From positions 10,850 through 42,849 of the forward strand of contig JBQTHX010000014.1 of the NCBI GenBank assembly GCA_052389415.1: a DNA stretch of 32,000 bases, read 5' to 3'. Shown in pieces: positions 8,658 to 18,008 of this stretch. Below the pieces are notes generated by a model. That model made no database searches. It saw nothing but the letters and a program-made list of their open reading frames with translations, and was not told where the DNA came from. A program made the translations under genes and the position numbers. This DNA is from Nitrosopumilaceae archaeon (GTDB lineage: Archaea; Thermoproteota; Nitrososphaeria; Nitrososphaerales; Nitrosopumilaceae). Numbering within the stretch: the first letter of the stretch is position 1; each line of letters begins with the position of its first letter.

Positions 8658-11371
8658 GAATCCCAGAAACCACGAGTTGTTACGTATTGCCTTTCTGCTT
8701 CATAGATCTGCTTGTACAATTCTTCCTGCCCTACCATATTTCGCAATATTCTAGCTCCTGTATCTGCTCCTACACCATATCCTGAAAGGACAATAAGGGC
8801 TGTTTGCCCAAAGTTTTCTAAAAGTGAGGAGATCTTCCAGGCCCGTACAAACTTGTTATTTTCTTCTGGTGTAAGTTTTTTACCACCATGCTTTTTCTGT
8901 ATAATCTTTGCTAAGTCATAATCAGAATAACAAGTAGCTGTGATCTGATGAGATTTACAATAATGGCATGAAAGTGTTTTGTTTATTTCTCTAGTTTCAA
9001 CAACCTTCTCCCATTTTCCGCATCTAACACATATCAGCCTGTGTTTTGTTTTCAATAGTCTTGTTTTGACTAGATCTAAAACTCCCTTGTCCATATTTGC
9101 TGGAGATGCATAATACTTTGTAGTATGATCTAAGATGGAATCCGCAAGTTTAGAAAAAGTTTCCACTTCTATCCACTTTATTTTAATTTCATTAGAACGA
9201 ATTTTTTCTAACAACTTCTCAGTATTTCCCAGATCATATTTGTCATGAAATAATTCGCGCAATGCCTCATTAGCAAGGGGAGTTTTTGAATATTTTTCGT
9301 AGATGAATCTTGCGGCTTTTCTATCATATACTGCTTCTCTGCCCACGATGCCAAATTTCTTAGCTACACACCAAGTTCTCCAGTTTATGTTATGTGTTCC
9401 TATGAGGGATGCGCTAACAACCATTGTTAGATCATATACTTCATTTAGGATATCGATTACTTGCTTTTCCATTATTCTACCATTAGAGGACATGATTATT
9501 CTATATGCATCAGATCTTGATTCTACGAGATATCCTGTCTTTGCTGAAAGCATTGTAGAAAGCAGCATAGATAGAGTAGAATTAATTTTTGTCCCAAAAC
9601 ATGAATGAATTACTACAGTATTTCTAACCCTTAATGATTCTACTACGATAGTTTCTTCATTTGGAATTGGATCTAGTTTTAGATTATTGATTACTTTATT
9701 TGAAACCAGAAGAGAACCTGTTCGTACTTTTGTTCTGAAAATTCCAACCTTATTTGCAGTCGTATAATCTACAGGAATATTTTCACCCTCCCAATATGGC
9801 ACGTTTATCCCTGCTGACTGTATAGGTTCAACGTTGATTCTCAATAAGATATCATCTACGTTTAGTATTCTCCATTGCATACCCCTTAAAACAAAAACAT
9901 TTCCTGGATCACCATAATCACCTACAAATCTTTGATCCAAACTACCAATGATTTTTTTACTTGCTGTATCAAAAACCTTGAACTTTAGAATATCTGGAAT
10001 AGTTGAAAGGTTTTCAAAAAAATATCGGAACGCTCTACCTTTTTTCTGAAATATCATTTCATTCCTGTCAAAAAAAAGAATCGAATTGTTGTGTAGTAAT
10101 TCAAGAACTTGGAAAAAATCTTCTATTACTAATTTTCTGAAAGGATATGCTTGTTTTATTATCTTAAACGCAAGATCTACTGGAACTTTACCAAGTTGCA
10201 TTGATAAACCAACTAGATGATGTGCTAGTACATCTAATGCACCTTCCTGGATAGTCTGGTCTTCAATTGATTTTTCTTTAACTCTCTGAAGTATAGCATG
10301 TGTTTCAAATTCATCATCTGGATTATTGGTTATGATTAGACCCTTTGCAGTCGAGTCTCTTTTGTGCTTACTTCTGCCAATTCTTTGCATTAGTTTTGAT
10401 ACTTGTCTGGGTGAACCATAATGTATCACAAGTTCAACAGAACCAATATCAAGTCCAAGTTCAAGTGACGATGTACACACTATGATTCCAGGCTTACCTT
10501 GTCTTAGGGTTTCTTCTGTTTCTTCTCTAATTTCTTGTGAAAGTGACCCATGATGTAATTCTACTCGAAGCGTAGTTTTTTCACGTAAAATTGATGCAAG
10601 GTATTCTGATTCACCACGGGTATTTGTAAAAAGCAATACTGGAGAATTGTGATAATTTTTTGTAACATATTCTATTATGTAATCAACTACATCAGAAATT
10701 GTTCCATCTATATATTTGACTTCAACATCATATTTTCGAATAGAATTATCTTGAATTATTTTACATTTTCTTTTGGTTCCTGCAACAAATTTAGAAGATT
10801 CGTTAACATTGCCTACAGTTGCAGATAAACCTACTCGAGTTATTTCTTGTTTTGAATTGACCTGTAATCTTTCTAAACTTATAGAGAGTTGAGAGCCCCG
10901 TTCATTTCCTAATAATTCATGTACTTCATCTATGATTATCCATTCAAGTTCTGATAGTGCCTCTAACATCTTTTTTTGAGTTAGCAAGATTAGAACAGTT
11001 TCAGGGGTAGTTATCAGAATGTCTGGTGGGGATTCTGTTATTTTTTTTCGTGCTGATTGTGTAGTATCACCATGACGAATTTGAATTGAGAGACTTTCAT
11101 TTTCAGCATATTTTATTATCCTTCTAAATACATCACGGTTTAGCGCTCTTAAGGGCGTAATGTAAAGGGCCTTTATTTTTCCAAGTTTTTTAGCATTAGC
11201 CAGACGAGAAAATATAGGAATAACTGCCGTCTCCGTTTTACCTGAACCCGTGGGTGCAATTACTAAGGCATCAATCTTTTGGAAAATTATAGGAATTGCT
11301 TTTTGTTGAATGTATGTCAGGCCTCCAAAACCAAGAGAATGAAACTTGGTTTTAATTTCAGATTCAAGCAT
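8654..11371 (-). CDS. lhr: Lhr-type large DEAD/DEAH-box helicase
   Basis: 905 aa with Walker A APTGSGKTE, DEVH box IIDEVHEL and SAT motif LSATVGN. It has a long C-terminal extension containing CVRCGK...CHYCKS zinc-ribbon cysteines. Confidence 0.9.
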   Translation of the reverse strand: MLESEIKTKFHSLGFGGLTYIQQKAIPIIFQKIDALVIAPTGSGKTETAVIPIFSRLANAKKLGKIKALYITPLRALNRDVFRRIIKYAENESLSIQIRHGDTTQSARKKITESPPDILITTPETVLILLTQKKMLEALSELEWIIIDEVHELLGNERGSQLSISLERLQVNSKQEITRVGLSATVGNVNESSKFVAGTKRKCKIIQDNSIRKYDVEVKYIDGTISDVVDYIIEYVTKNYHNSPVLLFTNTRGESEYLASILREKTTLRVELHHGSLSQEIREETEETLRQGKPGIIVCTSSLELGLDIGSVELVIHYGSPRQVSKLMQRIGRSKHKRDSTAKGLIITNNPDDEFETHAILQRVKEKSIEDQTIQEGALDVLAHHLVGLSMQLGKVPVDLAFKIIKQAYPFRKLVIEDFFQVLELLHNNSILFFDRNEMIFQKKGRAFRYFFENLSTIPDILKFKVFDTASKKIIGSLDQRFVGDYGDPGNVFVLRGMQWRILNVDDILLRINVEPIQSAGINVPYWEGENIPVDYTTANKVGIFRTKVRTGSLLVSNKVINNLKLDPIPNEETIVVESLRVRNTVVIHSCFGTKINSTLSMLLSTMLSAKTGYLVESRSDAYRIIMSSNGRIMEKQVIDILNEVYDLTMVVSASLIGTHNINWRTWCVAKKFGIVGREAVYDRKAARFIYEKYSKTPLANEALRELFHDKYDLGNTEKLLEKIRSNEIKIKWIEVETFSKLADSILDHTTKYYASPANMDKGVLDLVKTRLLKTKHRLICVRCGKWEKVVETREINKTLSCHYCKSHQITATCYSDYDLAKIIQKKHGGKKLTPEENNKFVRAWKISSLLENFGQTALIVLSGYGVGADTGARILRNMVGQEELYKQIYEAERQYVTTRGFWDS

Positions 11372-11483
11372 TAGATTCTTCGTTCTTTTTTGTTCGAGCT
11401 CGCTCGTAGACCATCACCCCAAAAAGTCCTATTCCAAAAAGAATTACGATTATGATTGGAAAAGAATCAAAAATTCCTGCCAT
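11364..11483 (-). CDS. Unannotated 39-codon single-pass membrane micro-protein
   Basis: Hand translation gives MAGIFDSFPIIIVILFGIGLFGVMVYERARTKKNEESNA, one clean TM helix followed by a basic tail. Its stop overlaps the Lhr ATG (ATGCTTGA). It starts 31 nt after the RadA-paralog stop. It is below the size cutoff of the ORF track. Confidence 0.35.
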   Translation of the reverse strand: MAGIFDSFPIIIVILFGIGLFGVMVYERARTKKNEESNA

Positions 11484-11514
11484 GAGCTCGTTAAAATTTA
11501 CAGTGATAAATATC

Positions 11515-12186
11515 TTAAGATGAATCTATCAGACCTGCCTGTGTTATCATGTAACTCACTTCTTTTTTAAAACCAAAAGATGGAAGGATTCTTGCCATGA
11601 ATTTTTGATTGACTTTAGCAAGATGAATTTTCTGATGAGTATACATGCTTATTGATCTTTCAAGATTTTCTTTTTCATCATCGTTTGATTTTCTAACTAT
11701 GTTTGTTACGACAACAGGAATTTGTTTTTGTATTGCAATAAATGCCAAGTCGTGCATATATTTCATAAATATAATGTGTTTTTCTAACATGTTAGATTCT
11801 TTTGAATATTCAAATGAAAATAGATCCGTAACGTTATCTACTACAACAAGACCTAAATTTTTGATTTCAGATATTTTGTCTAGATAAAGGATCTGTTCAG
11901 AGATATTGGTTATTCTGCCAACTCTTACATTATCAAGTAGTTTTGGATTCAAGTTTTGAGATTCGATGATAGATAGCAGTCTTTCTGGTCTGAATCCAGA
12001 AGTAGTATCTTGGTAAAGTATTTCCACACCATTTCTAAGTGCATTAACGCATATTTGGAGTGAAAGTTGTGTTTTCCCAGTTCCACTTGCACCAAAAACA
12101 TCCGTTATAATACTATGTCTTATGCCACCACCTAAAAGCTCATCCAATTTTTGGATGCCAGTTTGAATCATGAATCTCAAGATCAC
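11515..12186 (-). CDS. RecA-superfamily ATPase, RadA paralog (RadB/aRadC-like, no N-terminal HhH domain)
   Basis: 223 aa with LDELLGGGI, Walker A GASGTGKTQ and Walker B LVVVDNV. Confidence 0.75.
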   Translation of the reverse strand: MILRFMIQTGIQKLDELLGGGIRHSIITDVFGASGTGKTQLSLQICVNALRNGVEILYQDTTSGFRPERLLSIIESQNLNPKLLDNVRVGRITNISEQILYLDKISEIKNLGLVVVDNVTDLFSFEYSKESNMLEKHIIFMKYMHDLAFIAIQKQIPVVVTNIVRKSNDDEKENLERSISMYTHQKIHLAKVNQKFMARILPSFGFKKEVSYMITQAGLIDSS

Positions 12187-12204
12187 GTCAGTAGTTAAAG
12201 AATA

Positions 12205-12516
12205 TTGGATGTGAATGCGATCGGGAAGGCTTTTATTCCCGATCTCAGGCAGTGCTTCACAAGTGATTTATGTTTGTCGCAGTCACCACCAAAAAGACCA
12301 CTAACAACTTTGCAAAAAGGGATCAATAAGAAAGTCACAGTAAGACTGAAAAATGAAGTGGAATACAAGGGAAAAATGAATAACGTAGATTCATACATGA
12401 ATTTGATAATGACAGATGCTGAAGAACTTAGTAACGGCAAGGTTATTGCAAATTATGGTAGAGTGATAGTAAGAGGAAATAACGTTCTTTTCATTAAACT
12501 TGAAAATGAATTATAA
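12205..12516 (+). CDS. Sm-like (LSm/SmAP) RNA-binding protein
   Basis: Sm1 region [31 protein letters not shown] and Sm2 region [12 protein letters not shown]. The start is uncertain: the ATG at 12205 gives 103 aa, while an in-frame TTG near 12274 would give a more typical ~80 aa protein and a normal divergent promoter spacer. Confidence 0.85.
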   Translation: MDVNAIGKAFIPDLRQCFTSDLCLSQSPPKRPLTTLQKGINKKVTVRLKNEVEYKGKMNNVDSYMNLIMTDAEELSNGKVIANYGRVIVRGNNVLFIKLENEL

Positions 12517-12521
12517 TTAAA

Positions 12522-13691
12522 TTGGTTTTACAAATGGAGAGAAAATATCTCTTTACATCAGAATCTGTAACAGAAGGACATCCAGACAAGATTTGTGATC
12601 AGGTTTCTGATGCGATTTTAGACGAATTTTTGAAACGCGATCCAGATTCGAGAGTCGCTGTAGAAACATTGACTACAACAGGAATTGTGGTTGTGGCAGG
12701 TGAAGTAACTTCAAAGGCAAAGTTTGACATCCAGGATGTCGTAAGAAGAACAATACGAGAAATTGGTTATGATAATCCAGATTATGGTTTTGATGCTGAT
12801 TCGTGTAGTGTGTTAGTATCTATTCATTCCCAGAGTCCAGATATATCTCAAGGAGTTTCATCCTCAGAATCCAAAGAACAAGGTGCAGGAGATCAGGGAT
12901 TAATGTTCGGATACGCTACTAATGAGACTGAAGAGTTTATGCCTATGCCAATCATACTAGCACACAAACTTACAAAGCGACTTGCAGATGCAAGAAAAAA
13001 TAAGGAGATTTCTTGGGCAAGACCAGATGGAAAATCACAAGTAACTGTGGAATATGAAGATGGAAAACCAAAAAGATTAGAAGCAGTTGTAATTTCTACA
13101 CAGCATTCTCCAGATGTGGATAACGGTCAGATAAGAAAAGAGATCATTGATAAAGTAATCAAACCTACCTGTGGAAAATTATGGCATGACAAAATCAAAG
13201 TTCATGTAAATCCAACTGGAAGGTTTGTTATTGGAGGCCCACCTGGAGATGCAGGTCTTACTGGTAGAAAGATCATAGTGGATTCCTATGGAGGCTTTGG
13301 AAGACATGGTGGTGGAGCCTTCTCTGGAAAAGATCCTTCCAAAGTAGATAGATCTGCTTGTTACATGTGTCGCTATATTGCTAAGAACATAGTTGCTGCT
13401 GGTCTTGCTGACAGATGCGAAGTTCAAGTCGCATATGCAATTGGTGTAGCAGAACCAGTCTCACTTATGGTAAGTACGTTTGGTACAAGTAAAATTTCAG
13501 AAGAACATATTGAAAATTTGGTAAGAAAGCACTTTGACATGAGACCGGCTGCAATAATATCGCAATTAAATTTGAAGAGACCGATATATAGAAAAACAGC
13601 ATCATATGGTCATTTTGGACGAAATGAACCAGAATTTAGCTGGGAACAAACAGACAAGGCCGACATACTAAGAAAAGCGGCAGGCCTTTAA
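12522..13691 (+). CDS. metK: S-adenosylmethionine synthetase, bacterial/eukaryotic MetK type
   Basis: Motifs [33 protein letters not shown] and [16 protein letters not shown]. The likely true start is the ATG at 12534 ([12 protein letters not shown]). Confidence 0.95.
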   Translation: MVLQMERKYLFTSESVTEGHPDKICDQVSDAILDEFLKRDPDSRVAVETLTTTGIVVVAGEVTSKAKFDIQDVVRRTIREIGYDNPDYGFDADSCSVLVSIHSQSPDISQGVSSSESKEQGAGDQGLMFGYATNETEEFMPMPIILAHKLTKRLADARKNKEISWARPDGKSQVTVEYEDGKPKRLEAVVISTQHSPDVDNGQIRKEIIDKVIKPTCGKLWHDKIKVHVNPTGRFVIGGPPGDAGLTGRKIIVDSYGGFGRHGGGAFSGKDPSKVDRSACYMCRYIAKNIVAAGLADRCEVQVAYAIGVAEPVSLMVSTFGTSKISEEHIENLVRKHFDMRPAAIISQLNLKRPIYRKTASYGHFGRNEPEFSWEQTDKADILRKAAGL

Positions 13692-14540
13692 TACTTCCCG
13701 ATAAGTTCTAAATTTGATGCATGTAATTTTTTTTAATTTTTCATAATTTCCTACAAAATCCCCTACAAGAAGACTCAGATCGTCTATACCAAAGTCATTA
13801 TTTTTTTCACGCAATGAGTTTCTATAAGCATCTTCCAAGTCGGTTTTTTCTATTTTTATTTTTCTTCCACGTAAGAAATCCTTAATGAAACATTTGTATG
13901 TGACAGTTTGAGGACCTACAAGATCTATGATTTTGTTAGAGAATTTCTTGTCTGAAAGGGCTTGAAATAATATGGTACATACATCATCTACAGAAATTGG
14001 TTGTAATCTATAGTTTCCAGAACCTGGTATGATAATTTTATTTTTTTTGATTTGTTTAAAGAGAATTTGAGATAAAGGATCGTTTTTTCCAATTATATAG
14101 GATGCACGAAAAATTGTGTAATCAAGACCAGAATGAATGATTTCTTGTTCTGCTTTGTATTTAGATATGAAATACCCAAAATTCGTATTTTTATGAACCC
14201 CAAGACCGCTGATGTAAATGATTTTTTTTATTCCAGCTTTTTTACACAAAGATACTGCATTTTTTGTAAGACCAACATTGACCTTTTCATAATCATCGTT
14301 TACTGTTTGTCTTCCTTTTCCTATGAAATGCAATAATACTGAACACTTTCTCAATTTTGATACAAGATATTTTTCAGAAAGATCCTTTGAGATTATAGTC
14401 CTAGATTGCACATTTGCTCCTTTTTTTCGTGTAATGCCAATTACTTGAACCCCCTTCCTTGCAAATAAAGCCGCTACGTTTCTACCTACAAAGCCATTTG
14501 CTCCTGTAATTGACACATGTAATTTTTGGTTTCGGTTCAT
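13668..14540 (-). CDS. NAD(P)-dependent epimerase/dehydratase (atypical SDR) family protein
   Basis: 290 aa with the N-terminal Rossmann motif [11 protein letters not shown]. Its 3' end overlaps the metK 3' end by 24 nt (convergent). Confidence 0.7.
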   Translation of the reverse strand: MNRNQKLHVSITGANGFVGRNVAALFARKGVQVIGITRKKGANVQSRTIISKDLSEKYLVSKLRKCSVLLHFIGKGRQTVNDDYEKVNVGLTKNAVSLCKKAGIKKIIYISGLGVHKNTNFGYFISKYKAEQEIIHSGLDYTIFRASYIIGKNDPLSQILFKQIKKNKIIIPGSGNYRLQPISVDDVCTILFQALSDKKFSNKIIDLVGPQTVTYKCFIKDFLRGRKIKIEKTDLEDAYRNSLREKNNDFGIDDLSLLVGDFVGNYEKLKKITCIKFRTYREVLKACRFS

Positions 14541-14598
14541 TATTGTAGCAAGATATCTCCGACAAATTAATTTTAAAGGTATTGTATGATAGATTAGG

Positions 14599-15036
14599 TT
14601 GAACTCCTCAAGTTGTTACAAGATTTTGGGTGTTCAGATAGGCGCCTCACAAAAAGAGATCAAAGCAGCATATAGAAAACTCTCTTTGAAATATCATCCT
14701 GACAGAAATAAGAGCGAAAAAAATGATGAGACATTTAAGCAAATCATAGAGGCATATCAGTTTCTAAGACGAGAGGAAAAGAAAACTCGAAAGAAATCCG
14801 ATGCAGATATTGAATCTACCTACACTACGTTTTGGAAACATTACGAACAAACAGAGCATGAGTCAAAATTTTTCAATGAAGTAGATTTTGGAAGATTTGG
14901 TTTTGGTGTAAATGTTAATGAAGTGTACGAACACAATCAAGAAAAACCAACATCACATATCTTTACACATATTCTACTTTATGGAGGCCTTGGAGTAATG
15001 GCATTATGGATAATTCTTTCTGGAATACTAAAATGA
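14599..15036 (+). CDS. J-domain protein with a C-terminal transmembrane anchor
   Basis: 145 aa with a TTG start. The J domain is YKILGV...[17 protein letters not shown]...AYQFL with an intact HPD. It has a charged linker and a terminal hydrophobic helix [20 protein letters not shown]. Confidence 0.7.
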   Translation: MNSSSCYKILGVQIGASQKEIKAAYRKLSLKYHPDRNKSEKNDETFKQIIEAYQFLRREEKKTRKKSDADIESTYTTFWKHYEQTEHESKFFNEVDFGRFGFGVNVNEVYEHNQEKPTSHIFTHILLYGGLGVMALWIILSGILK

Positions 15037-15074
15037 GTTCATAAAGATTAATACATGAAAAAACAATTTTTGGT

Positions 15075-16166
15075 GTGGAAAAAGAATCAGTGCCAAAAGG
15101 AAAACTTAGAACTGGATTTACTACTGGAACATGCGCTACTGCTGGAGCAATAGCTGCAGTTTTAGCTATTACTAAACAAAAAAATATAGAATCTGTTGAT
15201 GTCATCCTTCCCAAAAAAAAGAGAATTCAAATAAAAATAGCAAATTGTAAATTTACAAAGAAAAGTGCCAAATGTGCAGTGATAAAAGACGGAGGCGATG
15301 ATCCTGATGTTACTCATGGTGCTGAGATATGGACCGAAGTATTGGTAACTGACAAACCAAATAAAATTGAAGTAGATGGAGGAGATGGAGTTGGAAGGGT
15401 TACCAAACCGGGTCTTGGACTTGAGATTGGTACTGCTGCAATCAATCCAACCCCAAAAAAAATGATAATAGAAAACATTTCAGTGATAGCTCAAGATCTG
15501 CTGGAAAAAAATGGTCTTAAAGTTACGATTTCTGTCCCTAAAGGAAAGGAACTTGCGTTAAAAACTGATAATCCAAGACTTGGGATCTTAGGCGGTATCT
15601 CAATCTTAGGTACTAGTGGAATCGTTATTCCATACTCAACTGCCTCATTTGCAGCTGCAATCAGACAAAGTCTTGATGTTACAGTAGCTATGGGAAATGA
15701 TGTTGTGGTATTAACCACTGGAGGAAGAAGTGAAGATTTTTCAAAAATCATAATTAAGCTGCCAGATCATTGTTATGTCCAGATGGGAGATTTTTCTGGA
15801 TATACTATTCAGCAATGTGCAACAAGAAAGATCAGAAAGGCTTACGTTGCAGGTTTTATTGGAAAACTAACAAAAATAGCAATGGGAGTAAAGCAAACTC
15901 ATGTAAAAGGCTCTAAAGTTGACATGGACTTTTTGTCTGATATTGCTCAACAGTGCAATGCAAAAGCAGGAACTTTAAATGAAATAAAAAAAGCAAACAC
16001 AGCAAGACATGTGTATGAGATAGTCATAAAAGAGAAACTGATAGGTTTCTTTGATTTGATTTGTGAAAAGGTTTACAAACAATTAAGAAATCATTCAGAA
16101 AGGAAATTTGAAATTGATGTCATCTTGTTTGATTTTGATGGCAACATAATAGGCAGACATCCATAG
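15075..16166 (+). CDS. cbiD: Cobalt-precorrin-5B (C1)-methyltransferase CbiD
   Basis: 363 aa with the CbiD N-terminal signature LRTGFTTGTCATAGA. The GTG start is obligatory, as there is no in-frame ATG after the upstream stop. Confidence 0.9.
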   Translation: MEKESVPKGKLRTGFTTGTCATAGAIAAVLAITKQKNIESVDVILPKKKRIQIKIANCKFTKKSAKCAVIKDGGDDPDVTHGAEIWTEVLVTDKPNKIEVDGGDGVGRVTKPGLGLEIGTAAINPTPKKMIIENISVIAQDLLEKNGLKVTISVPKGKELALKTDNPRLGILGGISILGTSGIVIPYSTASFAAAIRQSLDVTVAMGNDVVVLTTGGRSEDFSKIIIKLPDHCYVQMGDFSGYTIQQCATRKIRKAYVAGFIGKLTKIAMGVKQTHVKGSKVDMDFLSDIAQQCNAKAGTLNEIKKANTARHVYEIVIKEKLIGFFDLICEKVYKQLRNHSERKFEIDVILFDFDGNIIGRHP

Positions 16167-16200
16167 TAACAGATATCTTTAGTATATTGAAAATCAAGCT

Positions 16201-17265
16201 GTGGACAAAGTTGCTGTAATTGCGATCACAAAAAATGGAATAGAAATAGGCTTATCTTTAAAAAATAAATTTCCTGCTTGGGAAATTTATGCCCCCTCAA
16301 AGTTTTCTAACAGTGATTCACAAATTGAATGGTTTAATGATTCCACCACATCAAAGGTAGGAGAAGTATTCAAGACGCATGAAGCACTTGTTTGTATATT
16401 CTCTCTGGGTGCAGTAATTAGACTAATTTCACCTCATCTGAGAGATAAAAAAACAGATCCTGCGGTAGTAGTGATAGATGATACAGGCAAGTTTGCAATT
16501 AGTACACTTTCAGGACATCTTGGTGGTGCAAATCAGCTTACCGAAGATATAGCAAAAGTTCTAGGTGCAACTGCAGTTATCACTACTGCTGCAGATGTAA
16601 ACAAAACCATTGCAGTAGATCTTGTCGGCAAAGAATTTGGTTGGAAGATAGATGACGATTCAACAGTTACAAAGGTTAGTGCATTAATGGTAAATGAAGA
16701 AAAAATAGGAGTTTTTCAGGATGCTGGTGAGAAGGAGTGGTGGTTACCAAAAAAAGAACTCCCAAAAAATGTAACTGCCTATCATAGTCTTGAAGAATTG
16801 AAGAATTCTCATTCAAAAGGATATTTGATAATTTCAGATAAAGAAATCATAGACAATGAATTGTTAAAAAATTCTGTAGTCTATAGACCAAAAACTTTGG
16901 TTGTAGGAATTGGCTTGCATTGGGACACAAACAAAGAAACAATCAGAGAAGGCTTGGAATTTTGCATAAAAAAATTCAAGCTTAGTTCAAAATCAATTGC
17001 AAGATTTGCTTCAATAAAAAAGGAAGCCAATGTGGTGGGATTACAGGAACTTGCAAAAGAATGGAACATTCCAGTTGATTATTTTGAAAAAGAAGAGCTT
17101 GCTCAAATTGCTATTCCAAATCCATCAGAGACCGTCCAGGCCTTTGAGGGCACTCCAAGTGTTTCTGAAGCAGCCGCACTAAGGAGTTCAAAAGGAAAAC
17201 TAGTTGTTGAGAAACAGAAATTTCCTCCAAATCTGACTATTGCCATAGCTAGGATCTCAAAATGA
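16201..17265 (+). CDS. cbiG: Cobalt-precorrin-5A hydrolase CbiG
   Basis: 354 aa with VAVIAITKNG and LSGHLGGAN, and a C-terminal CobE-like module. GTG start. Its stop overlaps the cbiX start by 4 nt. Confidence 0.85.
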   Translation: MDKVAVIAITKNGIEIGLSLKNKFPAWEIYAPSKFSNSDSQIEWFNDSTTSKVGEVFKTHEALVCIFSLGAVIRLISPHLRDKKTDPAVVVIDDTGKFAISTLSGHLGGANQLTEDIAKVLGATAVITTAADVNKTIAVDLVGKEFGWKIDDDSTVTKVSALMVNEEKIGVFQDAGEKEWWLPKKELPKNVTAYHSLEELKNSHSKGYLIISDKEIIDNELLKNSVVYRPKTLVVGIGLHWDTNKETIREGLEFCIKKFKLSSKSIARFASIKKEANVVGLQELAKEWNIPVDYFEKEELAQIAIPNPSETVQAFEGTPSVSEAAALRSSKGKLVVEKQKFPPNLTIAIARISK

Positions 17266-18008
17266 AAAGAGGACTTTTACTCATAGATAGAGGAAGCAGA
17301 GAGAAAGAAGTACAAGAAGAGCTTAATTATATTTGCGAGAAGGTCAAATCAAAAGGAAATTACCTTTTTTGTAACTATTGCTTTTTAGAAGTAATTCCAC
17401 CCTTTATAGAAGAAGGTATAGAAAAATGTCTCAGAGGTGAAACAGATTCCTTAACAATTGTACCTTATTTTTTATATCCCGGAAAAAAAGTCAAAGCCGC
17501 AGTAAATACAGCTATTGCGATGCAATCCAAAACTAAAGTCAAACTTATCATTTCAAAACCTATGAGTCAACACAAATCAATGATTAGTCTAGTGGATGAA
17601 AAAATAAAATCCACACTTGCTAAAAATAAAATAACACTTTCCAAAAAACAAGTAGATGTTTTGATTATTGGACACGGGAGCAAAGATCCTAATGCAAAAA
17701 TAGCCATTAAATATGTAGTAAATGGATTAGCATCAGAATATAGAAATGTAGATTATTGTTTTTTAGAAATTGAAGAGCCAAATATTTCTCAAGGAGTTGA
17801 AAAATGTGTAAAAAATTCACCTGAAGTATTGATTGTGATGTTTTACTTTCTGCATGAAGGTGCTCATGTAAAAAGAGACATTTACACAGATCTAAATCCT
17901 GCACTGGAAAAATCCGGGTTGAATAATGTTTTTGTAACTGAGCATCTTGGAACAGACGATAAAATGATAGATCTTATTATTGAACGAGCAAGAGAAGTAG
18001 AAAGATGA
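17262..18008 (+). CDS. cbiX: Sirohydrochlorin cobaltochelatase, fused two-module CbiX
   Basis: 248 aa made of two tandem CbiX-like halves. The N-half has LLLIDRGSREKE and PYFLYPGKKV. The C-half has LIIGHGSKDPNA and FYFLHEGAHV. It overlaps cbiC by 4 nt. Confidence 0.8.
   Translation: MKRGLLLIDRGSREKEVQEELNYICEKVKSKGNYLFCNYCFLEVIPPFIEEGIEKCLRGETDSLTIVPYFLYPGKKVKAAVNTAIAMQSKTKVKLIISKPMSQHKSMISLVDEKIKSTLAKNKITLSKKQVDVLIIGHGSKDPNAKIAIKYVVNGLASEYRNVDYCFLEIEEPNISQGVEKCVKNSPEVLIVMFYFLHEGAHVKRDIYTDLNPALEKSGLNNVFVTEHLGTDDKMIDLIIERAREVER

Noticed and set aside
14541-15074. Cobalamin riboswitch upstream of the cbi genes. I also looked at 16167-16200 and 24358-24465.
   Set aside because: The spacers are only 34-108 nt, are extremely AT-rich and lack any GC-rich conserved core. 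Riboswitch control of these genes is not established in archaea.
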